This document shows, piece after piece, positions 47,226 through 57,084 of a stretch of 64,000 bases of DNA. The stretch is from Thermoanaerobaculia bacterium. GTDB taxonomy: Bacteria; Acidobacteriota; Thermoanaerobaculia; Gp7-AA8. The DNA is taken from assembly GCA_963719365.1 (NCBI GenBank), contig OY970380.1:1873295-1937294 (forward strand), in the 5' to 3' direction. The notes beneath the pieces are model-generated. The model was not told where the DNA came from, did no database searches, and saw only the letters and a list, made by a program, of their open reading frames with translations. Every line of letters begins with the position of its first letter. Position 1 is the stretch's first letter. Made by a program: the position numbers and the translations under genes.

Positions 47226-48593
47226 GCCTCTTCACCAGAATGTGTGGGTGAAATCCGGATGAGGCAGATCTGCAAGTGAATGGTACAGAGCAAGTTCCGC
47301 GATTCGGAAGCTCCGAAAACCGTACGATTTTCTCATAGTCACTTTCGCCTTATTGTTGAGACCCTCCACGGCGCCCGCTGAGATGTGCTTGACCTTGAAC
47401 CAGTTCAGGAGCAAAGGTCGATGTTTTCGGAGCGATGCTGCGACCTTCTTCATCTGATCGATTCGGGACCGCATCGCTCGTGTGCACCAGGAATCGAGAA
47501 AGCGTCCCGCGTGCGGCGGTGACACGTAATCCCAGAACCGCTGAAAGCCTTCCTTGAGTAGGTAGGCGCGGACGATCCTGAGATTTTCCTCAGCAGGTCC
47601 GCCAGCTTTTCATGCTGGACCTCGCTGAGGTTTTCCTCTCGTTTCAGGAACAGCCACCGCGAGTTGGTCAATACCGGTTTGCCGTTCTTCTTCTTGAGCT
47701 CACGAACCTCTTCGGCTCGGATACGATCGATCGCTTTATTCATCATCGATGCGATGTGAAACCGGTCCAGGATCTGGATGGCCTTTGCTGCCCGCAGCCG
47801 GATGACCTTCAAATACGCAGGCCACATGTCGCTGCACGCTACCTCCAACTTCTCGGACAGCTCCCGGCCGAACCAGTTGAAGAATGCGTGCAAAGTCTCT
47901 TCTCGCCGGTCCTTCCCCATCCACAGCAGCCGTTTTCTCTCTTCGTCGATCTGGTAAACCAAGGTCAGATACTTCGGTCCTCCGTGTGCTTTGGACCCTC
48001 GCCGGTGCATGATCTCGTCAACTCCGATTGACTTGATCCCATCCAGCGACACGTGCTTACGTCCCCACTCCACGGCGTGCTCCACCGCACGGCTCACTAC
48101 TCCCCATGTCGTCGTAAACGTCTTCGCCACTTCCGACCAGCTCATCCGGCGTGCCCAGTTCGCCAGAAACCACTGATACGTCGTACTCACCCGGCTCTTC
48201 CCCTCCGCCCACGGAACACTCTCCACACGCACTCCACAGCGATGACAGTTCACTCGCCGCATCTGGTAAATCAGCGTCGCCGGGATCTGCCAAAGGGGCA
48301 CGAATGCGAACCGTCTCGTTTCCTTGCGGTCGTACAAAACCGCAATCGATCCACACCCCGAACATAACGGCCAGCTGTTCTTCCGCGGCCGGATGCGCAC
48401 CTCGATCTCCGTTTTATCCTTGTTCCATCCGACCTCTTCGTAGACGAACCCTGGAATCTCTTCCACCTGATTCAGAATAGACTTCACCAGCATCCCGTGC
48501 TCCCCGTGACTTTTGGTTTTTCGACAACTCCATTGTCACGGCTCCGAGCCGGGATGCTTTGACTTTTTCACCCACTGATTCTGAAGAAGACCC
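47226..48593 (-). mobile_element. ISL3-family insertion sequence (1368 bp) with 8-bp target duplication TAATGTTC
   Basis: TSD at 47218-47225 and 48594-48601; imperfect IRs gcctcttcaccagaatgtgtgggtgaaa vs gggtcttcttcagaatcagtgggtgaaa (22/28 match). Confidence 0.93.
47232..48493 (-). pseudogene. ISL3 transposase, frameshifted at an A-run (47584-47587)
   Basis: CxxC zinc finger; motifs GVDE, SDMW, DRFH and EGLNNKAK. Adding one A restores RKNLRIVRAYLLKE. Confidence 0.88.
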
Positions 48594-48700
48594 TAATGTT
48601 CAATGTTGACTGTTGACTGTTGACTGTTGAATGAAGGACCCAGGAAGCACGAAGACATTCAACATTCACATTCAACACCCAACATTCAACATTTCGCTTC
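48594..48700. repeat. Remainder of the family C inverted hairpin interrupted by ISL3
   Basis: aatgttgactgttgactgttgactgttgaatg...cattcaacattcacattcaacacccaacattcaacatttcgcttc. Confidence 0.85.
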
Positions 48701-48719
48701 TCCGCTGATCGAACCCGTT

Positions 48720-48765
48720 TTCACTCTTCACTCTTCACTCTTCACTCTTCACTCTTCACTCTTCA
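48720..48765. repeat. Perfect (TTCACTC)6 tandem repeat (family B) directly before the rarA start
   Basis: Six exact copies plus TTCA, ending 4 nt before ATG 48770. Confidence 0.95.
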
Positions 48766-48769
48766 AACA

Positions 48770-50098
48770 ATGACCGGCTCCCTCTTCGCTGACGACCCTT
48801 TCGAACCGCCCGCTCGCAGCGATGCGCCGCTGCCGGAGCGGCTGCGTCCGCGCTCGCTCGAGGAGATCATCGGCCTCGACGAGATCCTCGGCGAAGGACG
48901 TTTCCTCCGCACTGCCATCGAGAGCGACCGCATTCCGTCGATGATCTTCTGGGGTCCGCCCGGCTCCGGAAAAACGACACTGGCGCGCATCATCGCCAAC
49001 AAGACCCGCGCGAAGTTCGTCACGTTTTCCGCCACCAGCACCGCCATCAAAGAAATCCGCACGCTGATGGAAGAAGCGCGCCGCGAACGGAAAGCGCGCG
49101 GAACGAAGACGATCGTCTTCATCGATGAGATCCACCGCTTCAACAAGGCGCAGCAGGATGCCTTTCTCCCCTACGTCGAGGCGGGAGACATCATTCTCAT
49201 CGGCGCCACGACCGAGAATCCGTCGTTCGAGGTGAACTCCGCGCTGCTGTCGCGGACGAAAGTCGTCGTCATTCCCGCGCTGGAGCGCGAGCAGGTCATG
49301 ACGATTCTCCGCCGCGCGGTCACCGATCCCTCAGTGCGCAAATACGGCATCGACGTCAGCGACGATGCCCTCGACTTCATGGCCGCGACGTCCGCTGGCG
49401 ACGCGCGCCAAGCGCTCAACTCGCTGCAGCTCGTCGTCGAGACCGCAACGAAGGACGACGGCGCGATCGACAAAACGAAAGTGACGCAGATCCTCCAGCG
49501 CCGCTCGCTGATGTACGACAAAGGCGGCGAAGAGCACTACAACATCATCTCCGCCCTTCACAAATCGCTGCGCAACGGCGACGCGGATGCCTCGATGTAC
49601 TGGCTCGTACGCATGCTCGAAGGGGGCGAAGATCCGATGTACATCGCCCGCCGTCTCGTGCGCGCGGCGTCCGAAGATATCGGCAACGCGGATCCGCAAG
49701 CGCTCGTCTTCGCCATCGCCGTCCAGCAAACCGTCCACTTCCTCGGCATGCCCGAAGCCGGCGTCGCTCTCGGCCAACTCGCGACCTATCTTGCCGCCGC
49801 GCCAAAATCGAACGCCGTCTACACCGGCTACGGCGAGGCCGTTCGCGAAGTGCGTCAGGGCGACAACCCGGGCGTCCCGCTCCACATCCGCAACGCGCCG
49901 ACAGGCCTGATGAAAGACCTCGGGTACGGCCGCGGCTATCAGTACGCGCACGACTTCGAAGACCAGACCGCGGCAATGGAATGCCTTCCGGAAGCGCTTG
50001 CCGGCCGCCGTTTCTACGAGCCGAAAGAAGCAGGCGCCGAGACGAAGATCAAGGCGCGATTGGATGCAATGCGCGACGCGCGGAAGAAGAGCAAGTGA
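48770..50098 (+). CDS. rarA: Replication-associated recombination protein A (RarA/MgsA)
   Basis: Motifs PLPERLRP, GPPGSGKTT, DEIHRFNKAQQD, GATTENP, SEDIGNADP and GYQYAHD. Confidence 0.96.
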   Translation: MTGSLFADDPFEPPARSDAPLPERLRPRSLEEIIGLDEILGEGRFLRTAIESDRIPSMIFWGPPGSGKTTLARIIANKTRAKFVTFSATSTAIKEIRTLMEEARRERKARGTKTIVFIDEIHRFNKAQQDAFLPYVEAGDIILIGATTENPSFEVNSALLSRTKVVVIPALEREQVMTILRRAVTDPSVRKYGIDVSDDALDFMAATSAGDARQALNSLQLVVETATKDDGAIDKTKVTQILQRRSLMYDKGGEEHYNIISALHKSLRNGDADASMYWLVRMLEGGEDPMYIARRLVRAASEDIGNADPQALVFAIAVQQTVHFLGMPEAGVALGQLATYLAAAPKSNAVYTGYGEAVREVRQGDNPGVPLHIRNAPTGLMKDLGYGRGYQYAHDFEDQTAAMECLPEALAGRRFYEPKEAGAETKIKARLDAMRDARKKSK

Positions 50099-50139
50099 TC
50101 CTGCGCCGATACCGGACGGCTCAGCGGAAGGGGTCAGAG

Positions 50140-50547
50140 TCACCGGCTCAGCGCGTTGGCCATGCGCTCGATCGGCAGCGGCTTGCGATCTTCGCCCACG
50201 TTCACGTAGACCACTTGCGCGTCGGTGACGAGGACTTTCTTTTGCGGGTCGGTGCCGCGGATCGCTTCGCAGACGACTTTGACGGTGATCGAGGTCCGGC
50301 CGATGCGGAGGGTTTCGGTCCAGAAGCTGATGAGGTCACCGACGAAGACTGGCTCGTGGAAGACGATCTTGTCCATCGACACGGTCAGCATCAGGCGGGA
50401 GCCCTGGCGGCGCGCTTCGATCGCGCCGGCCTGGTCGATATAGCTGAGAATCACGCCGCCGAAGATCGTGCCGTGCGCGTTCGTGTCGCGCGGCATCATC
50501 AACACGCGGATGGCGGGCTCGGCCCAGCGTTCGGCGATTTCAGTCAT
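50140..50547 (-). CDS. Acyl-CoA thioesterase (YciA-like hotdog fold)
   Basis: Motifs PRDTNAHGTIFGG and GRTSI. Confidence 0.92.
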   Translation of the reverse strand: MTEIAERWAEPAIRVLMMPRDTNAHGTIFGGVILSYIDQAGAIEARRQGSRLMLTVSMDKIVFHEPVFVGDLISFWTETLRIGRTSITVKVVCEAIRGTDPQKKVLVTDAQVVYVNVGEDRKPLPIERMANALSR

Positions 50548-50616
50548 GCTCGATCACGCAGAATGAAATCCCGATCGTTCCGTCGTCCCTGAGAACAACC
50601 CAGCCAGGCATTTCGC

Positions 50617-52566
50617 CTAGCCGGGTTGCTGCGAAGGCGTCTGCTGTTCGGTAACCTTCTTGTTGATGTCGATCGATGCCGCTTTGCGCAGGCCCTGGAG
50701 CATTGCGGCCCGAAGGTTCCGTGCTTGCGTCTGGCGCAGGTTCTCCATGAACTGCGACCGGTTTTGGGCAAGCGTTGCAGGCTCGACTGTCTTCTGCTCG
50801 ATGACCTGGAAGATCACGGCGCCGTCGCCGGTCATGATCGGACCCTTCACCTCGCCCACCGGAGCGCTCATCGCCGCGTTGACGAGGGCTGAGGTATCGC
50901 CGCTGAATCCCGCAACGGAGCCCTGCCGGTTGACCGACGTTTCCGCGGACGCGAGGCCGAGCTTGACGCCGGCCAGATCGACGGACGGTGCAGGCAGCGC
51001 TTTCGTCAGCGCCTGTTGCGCGAGCACCCGGGCCTTCTCCATTTTGGCGTCGTTCTCGACCTTGGCGCGCACTTCATCGAGCGGCGACACGCCGGCCGAG
51101 CGGATGTTGTAGAGGAACGGAATGGCCGGACCGCGCTGGGTGCCGATGATGTCGCCCACGTCATTCTGCTTGGCCGCGAAGGCCCAGCCGTTGAACGCAG
51201 GATTGTTTCCCATACCCGGAATCGGATCGGTTTTCCCGAACCACTGCGAGTCATTCGAAGCCACGTCGCCGCTCGCCAGCGCGGTGAACTCAGCGGCGTT
51301 TTTCGGCTTGTTTTCTTTGATTCGTGCGGCGATGCGCGTGATCTCGTCGCGAGCGCGATCCTTCGACTGCTGCTCGATCGTCAAACCGCGGAGGCGGTCG
51401 CGCACTTCTTCGAATTGGTGGTAACCCGGCGGACGGCGCTCGAGCACTTTGATGATGTGGTAGCCAAACTCGGTGGTGCGAATCGGATCGCTGATCGTAT
51501 TCAACGGCATCGTAAATGCCGCCTTGTCGAACGCCTCGACTGTCGTGTCCTTGTCGACCCAACCCATGTCGCCGCCTTTTCCCGCGGAGGACGGATCGCC
51601 AGAGTTTTCTTTCGCCAGTTTCGCGAAATCGGCACCGGCGCGAAGCTGGCGGACGAGATCATCAGCTTTCGCCTTGGCTGCCTGCTCGACGGCCGGGGGA
51701 GCGCCTTGATCAACCTTGATGAGGATGTGAAGAACGTGCGCGCCCTGAGGAGCTTTGAATTCCTCGTGACGCTGGTCGTAGATCTTGCGCACTTCGGCAT
51801 CGCTCGGATTGATCTGCGTCTTGACCTTGGCGTAGTCGGCGATGAGGTACTTGGCGGCGCGCTGCTCGCCGTGCGTGTATTGCGACTGATGCGTCGTGTA
51901 GTACTGCTGCACTTCAGCCGGCGTCACGGTGACGGCCGCCGCTTCGCGGGCAGCGGGATAGAGGACGTATTTGATCCGCGCGCTTTCGCTGGTGCGGCGG
52001 TATTCATCATCGGCTGACTTTGGCGAAATGATGATCGAGTTCTGGATGGCGCTCTCCATCTTCGTGAGCGTGATCTCGCGGGCAAGCTCCTCTTCGAACT
52101 CCGCCGGCGACTGATATCCCATCATCGTGATGTAGCGGTTGTAGATCTCGGCGCCGACGAACTTGCCGTCGGGATTGAGCGTCGGCAGGTCCAGAATTTT
52201 TTTCCGCACTTCCTCGGCTGACGCACCGAGGTGAAGGCGGCGGGCCTGTTGGAGGATGAGATGCTGATCGATCAGCGAGTCGAGCACCTGCTTCGGCAGA
52301 CCGAGCTGCTGAATCTGGTCGGGCGTGAGCGGCTGCCGGTACATCTGCTCGTAATTCTTTTCGGTGTAGTAGAGAGCGCGATCGAATTCGCGGGACGAGA
52401 TCGTCTCCCCGTTCACGCGGGCCGCGTAGGCATGCTGGTCGATTCCGCCGCCGTTGCCGGCGCCGCCGGCGCCCCAGTCGACGAAAATGAAGAGGATGAA
52501 GACCGCAACTATGGCGACCAGAATCCATTTGAGTTGCTGAAAGCTATCGCGCATCAACTTGAGCAT
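50617..52566 (-). CDS. ppiD: PpiD-like membrane-anchored SurA/parvulin peptidyl-prolyl isomerase
   Basis: N-terminal TM helix; AARVNG; parvulin motifs HILI, F..LAKENS.D, GGDMGW and FGYHIIK. Confidence 0.85.
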   Translation of the reverse strand: MLKLMRDSFQQLKWILVAIVAVFILFIFVDWGAGGAGNGGGIDQHAYAARVNGETISSREFDRALYYTEKNYEQMYRQPLTPDQIQQLGLPKQVLDSLIDQHLILQQARRLHLGASAEEVRKKILDLPTLNPDGKFVGAEIYNRYITMMGYQSPAEFEEELAREITLTKMESAIQNSIIISPKSADDEYRRTSESARIKYVLYPAAREAAAVTVTPAEVQQYYTTHQSQYTHGEQRAAKYLIADYAKVKTQINPSDAEVRKIYDQRHEEFKAPQGAHVLHILIKVDQGAPPAVEQAAKAKADDLVRQLRAGADFAKLAKENSGDPSSAGKGGDMGWVDKDTTVEAFDKAAFTMPLNTISDPIRTTEFGYHIIKVLERRPPGYHQFEEVRDRLRGLTIEQQSKDRARDEITRIAARIKENKPKNAAEFTALASGDVASNDSQWFGKTDPIPGMGNNPAFNGWAFAAKQNDVGDIIGTQRGPAIPFLYNIRSAGVSPLDEVRAKVENDAKMEKARVLAQQALTKALPAPSVDLAGVKLGLASAETSVNRQGSVAGFSGDTSALVNAAMSAPVGEVKGPIMTGDGAVIFQVIEQKTVEPATLAQNRSQFMENLRQTQARNLRAAMLQGLRKAASIDINKKVTEQQTPSQQPG

Positions 52567-52729
52567 CGGGACGAACCTCTGTTTTGACTTGATTTGGATG
52601 GCAACCGCGGCGCGGGACACCTCCAGCCGGGCGATCGCGTGAATCCGTAAAAAACGCGGCAGTGTAGCTATTCCCGTCGCCGGGAGCAAACTGTACCGCG
52701 GCGCGTGCTATAAACTTCGCCTCGTCCCG

Positions 52730-54163
52730 ATGGCAAAAAAGAAGCAGAGCTCCGGAGCAGCGATCGATTGGTATCTCGTTTCCATCGAGCGCCTCAAGCA
52801 GATCGGTATCGTGATTCTCATCGTTCTTCTGGGCGGCGGTGCGTGGTGGTACTACACCAATCAGAAACGTAATCCGCGCAGCTCGGCCGAGGCAGCGATC
52901 GCCGAGGCGAGACAGGCGCTGAACACGCTCGCGGCTTCCAAAGATTTTCCAATGCATCGCAGCGATTTTGATCGCGCACAGCACAAGCTCGACGAAGCCG
53001 GCACCAAGCTCGCCGCCGGCAATTACCCCGACGCCGAAAGCGCGGCGGTGGAATCGCAAACCTTCAGCCGCGCCGCGCTCAGCGGAAAAGGAGGCGCGGA
53101 CAACGACGCGCAATTCCTCACCGTCGAAGGCGACGTACAGTTTCAGAAGTCTTCGACCAGCGACTGGAGTCCCGCCGAGACGCGCACGCCGCTCTTCAAC
53201 GGCGATTGGGTGAAGACCGGACGCAGCGCTTCCGCGGAGCTCATCTTTTCGAACGGCTCGCTCTACACGATCGGACCGGATGCGCTGCTCGAGATCTATT
53301 CGCAATTCAATGCAGCGACCAGCCGCAAGAACAATTCTGTGCAGATGCAGGTCGGCTCGGTCGAGGTGGCAACAACCGACGATGCTTCGAGCGTCCGCAC
53401 GCCCGGAAGCCAGGTGACGATCGACTCCGAGTCGACCACGCAAGTCGGTGTCGATCCGCAGAAGACAACCGCGGTGCTGGCGGAAAAAGGATCCGCTTCC
53501 ATCGCGCCGTCCGATGGCAGCGCGGTAGTGAAGCTCGCCGTCGGAGAAAAGATCACCGCCACGCCGCAGGGAGCACTTTCGGCCATCCGCAAACTCCCGA
53601 TGCCGCCTGCGCTCCTCACGCCGTCCGACAATCAGGTCTTTCTGGTCACGGCCGATTCGCGCGTTCAATTTTCATGGGAAGCAGTGCCGGGCGCGGCTGG
53701 CTACGTCCTGCAAGTCTCCCGCTCGCGCCTTTTCACATCGCTGGAGATCAACTCGCCGCGCCAGAAGACGACCGCTTCAGCGCAAGTGACCGCCGAGGGG
53801 GCGTTCTACTGGCACGTAGCAGCGACGGATGCAGCAGGCAACATCGGCCCGTTCTCCGCGTTCCGCCGCTTCCGCGTCAATGGAGCGGGCCACGAAGGAA
53901 CGCCGGCTTCGGACGCTCCGGCACCCCGGCTCCAACTCAAGCGCCCGTATTCGATCGGCGGACCATTCTTCATGATCGAAGGAGACACGGACCCTGGCGC
54001 GACGGTCCTCATCAACGAAGAGGACGCCGACGTCGAGGCGAACGGTCACTTCAAGAAGCTCGTCAGCTTCAACAAGGTCGGCACCAATCTGGTCGTCGTC
54101 AAAGCAACGAACGCAGCAGGCAAACAAACCCGGCAATCCGAGACGGTACACGTGGAAGAATAG
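52730..54163 (+). CDS. Membrane-anchored FecR-domain protein with FN3/Ig-like C-terminal domains
   Basis: TM helix, helical linker, FecR-like GD.VKTG..A.L.F.NGS, then W..V.GA..Y.LQ and G.TDPGATV.IN. Confidence 0.75.
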   Translation: MAKKKQSSGAAIDWYLVSIERLKQIGIVILIVLLGGGAWWYYTNQKRNPRSSAEAAIAEARQALNTLAASKDFPMHRSDFDRAQHKLDEAGTKLAAGNYPDAESAAVESQTFSRAALSGKGGADNDAQFLTVEGDVQFQKSSTSDWSPAETRTPLFNGDWVKTGRSASAELIFSNGSLYTIGPDALLEIYSQFNAATSRKNNSVQMQVGSVEVATTDDASSVRTPGSQVTIDSESTTQVGVDPQKTTAVLAEKGSASIAPSDGSAVVKLAVGEKITATPQGALSAIRKLPMPPALLTPSDNQVFLVTADSRVQFSWEAVPGAAGYVLQVSRSRLFTSLEINSPRQKTTASAQVTAEGAFYWHVAATDAAGNIGPFSAFRRFRVNGAGHEGTPASDAPAPRLQLKRPYSIGGPFFMIEGDTDPGATVLINEEDADVEANGHFKKLVSFNKVGTNLVVVKATNAAGKQTRQSETVHVEE

Positions 54164-54253
54164 GGAGTGGAGTGTGGGGTGTGGGGTGTGGAAGCGGACA
54201 GTCATTCGCCTCGGTTCTTCTCCGACTCCCCACTCCCGACTCCCCACTCCCCG
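54164..54253. repeat. Family D inverted heptamer hairpin
   Basis: ggagtggagtgtggggtgtggggtgtgg...ccgactccccactcccgactccccactcccc. Confidence 0.88.
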
Positions 54254-54312
54254 AAACCAGGGCAACGCTCTTGCAGCAAACCTCCCAAACACCGAAAAAG
54301 GACAAGATCTAG

Positions 54313-55341
<1,029 letters not shown>

Positions 55342-55446
55342 CGGGGTGTGGGGAGTAGGGAGTGGGGTGTGGGATTCAGGCGAAAGCTCATCTCGAATCC
55401 AGCTCCGTTTCATCTCCCGCACCCTACCCCCCACTTCCCAAACCCT
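55342..55446. repeat. Family D inverted heptamer hairpin
   Basis: ggggtgtggggagtagggagtggggtgtggga...tcccgcaccctacccccacttcccaaaccc. Confidence 0.8.
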
Positions 55447-55480
55447 CTGGCTCAAAACCTGCTCAAGACGCTGAAGAACC

Positions 55481-56341
55481 ATGGCTGCACCTGCTGACGT
55501 AATCCCCCGGCGCCCGACGCTGCTGTTCATCGTCGTTCTGGCGTTGCTCTTTTTTCTCATGAGCCTGAGCAGCCGCACGCGCTACATCGGCGAGACGCGC
55601 ACGATGTTCGAGCGCAGCGTCATGATCCTCTTCGCGCCAATTCCGAAGACCGTGAACTGGGCCGGCCAGTCGATGTCGGACATCTACCACGGCTATCTCG
55701 ACATGCGCCGCTCCGTGAGCGAGAACCTGCAGCTTCACCGTCAGATCGACGAGCTCACGACCGAGAACCTTCGCCTCCGCCAGTCCGAAGGCGACCTCCG
55801 CCGCCTGCGCAGTCTCCTCGGCTATACCGAACAGTTCACGATGCCGACGACGATGGCCGAGCCGGTCATGCTCGATATTTCGGGACGCTTCAAATCGATC
55901 ATCCTCGACCGCGGATCGAACACCGGCATCGAGGTCAACGACGCCGTCGTCAACGCCAGCGGACTCATTGGCCGCGTTGTGCTGACGACGAAAGACATGG
56001 CCAAAGTGCAACTGATCACCGACGGAAACTCGTCGGTCGGCGTGCTCATCGACCGGACGCGAAGACAGGGTGTTCTGCGCGGCGATGGCGCGGCCGCCGC
56101 GCAGCTCTACGACATCCCGTCATTGTCCGACGTCAAGCCGGGCGACGTCGTCATGACCGCGGGCATCGACGGCATCTATCCGAAAGGAATCCCGGTCGGC
56201 GTGATCACGAAAGCGGAAAAGGGGCAGGATCTGTTCAAGACCATCGTCGTGCGTCCATCGATCGACTTCGGCTCGATCGAAGAAGTGATCGTGCTGCACA
56301 CGCGCAAAATACCGAATGATGTGGTGAGGTACACACCTTGA
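55481..56341 (+). CDS. mreC: Rod shape-determining protein MreC
   Basis: TM helix, coiled coil, LDRGS..G and GIYPKGIPVG; follows mreB. Confidence 0.93.
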   Translation: MAAPADVIPRRPTLLFIVVLALLFFLMSLSSRTRYIGETRTMFERSVMILFAPIPKTVNWAGQSMSDIYHGYLDMRRSVSENLQLHRQIDELTTENLRLRQSEGDLRRLRSLLGYTEQFTMPTTMAEPVMLDISGRFKSIILDRGSNTGIEVNDAVVNASGLIGRVVLTTKDMAKVQLITDGNSSVGVLIDRTRRQGVLRGDGAAAAQLYDIPSLSDVKPGDVVMTAGIDGIYPKGIPVGVITKAEKGQDLFKTIVVRPSIDFGSIEEVIVLHTRKIPNDVVRYTP

Positions 56342-56844
56342 GGTGGCTTCGATTCGCGGTCGGACTCCTGATCGCACTGACTCTCCATTCGCTACTGGAC
56401 AGCTTTTTCCCGAACGCGCTGGCGTTCTTCAATCCCTACGTCATCCTCGTCGTCTATTACTCGATGGGCGGCAACGTCTTCGGCGCGATCATCGCCGGCG
56501 TCATCGCGGGACTCGTGCAGGACGCCTACTCCGGCGCCATGTTCGGACTTCACGCCTTTGCCCTCACCGTCTGCGCGTATGCCGTCGCGTACGTCAACTC
56601 CCGCCTCGCGCTCCGCGGCACGCTGGCGTTCGGCGCCTGCCTGGTCGGCGCCGTGATCGTGAACGAGCTCGTGATCTACATCCTCGTGAACATCCTCCTC
56701 AAACAGAAAGTGGAGATGTTCGAGCAGGGAATGATCGTAAAAACCATCTTCACCTGTCTTTTCGGGATGATCGTCTATCTATTGTTGACTCTGTTTTTGA
56801 GAGAAGAGCCGATCGACGCCACGCGGCGGCCGACGGGATGGTAG
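56338..56844 (+). CDS. mreD: Rod shape-determining protein MreD
   Basis: Hydrophobic protein with GLVQD..S...G motif; overlaps the mreC stop. Confidence 0.85.
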   Translation: MRWLRFAVGLLIALTLHSLLDSFFPNALAFFNPYVILVVYYSMGGNVFGAIIAGVIAGLVQDAYSGAMFGLHAFALTVCAYAVAYVNSRLALRGTLAFGACLVGAVIVNELVIYILVNILLKQKVEMFEQGMIVKTIFTCLFGMIVYLLLTLFLREEPIDATRRPTGW

Positions 56845-57084
56845 GTTTGCCTGCGGCGTTAGTTGCCTGCGGCGTTGTCGGTTGATTGCCTGCGGCGTTG
56901 GGCTATTGCCTGCGGCGTTGTCGGTTGGTTGCCTTCGGCGTCGTCACAACGGCCTACGGCATGCATTACTTCAACAGCCTGAACTTGCCTCACAATCACA
57001 ACAACAAACGCATTACCTGACAACCGACAACGCCGAAGGCAATAAACGCCGAAGGCAATCAACCGACAACGCCGAAGGCAAAAC
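56845..57084. repeat. Family E inverted repeat element filling the mreD-mrdA spacer
   Basis: (ttgcctgcggcgttg / tcggttg)n ... (caaccga / caacgccgaaggca)n. Confidence 0.9.

Noticed and set aside
47575-47595. Programmed -1 frameshift in the ISL3 transposase
   Set aside because: ISL3 transposases are normally single ORFs, and only a 4-A run is present; an indel is the simpler explanation.
56845-57084. Possible CRISPR array (also 43987-44480)
   Set aside because: Units are short, degenerate and inverted, with no unique 30-40 nt spacers and no cas genes.
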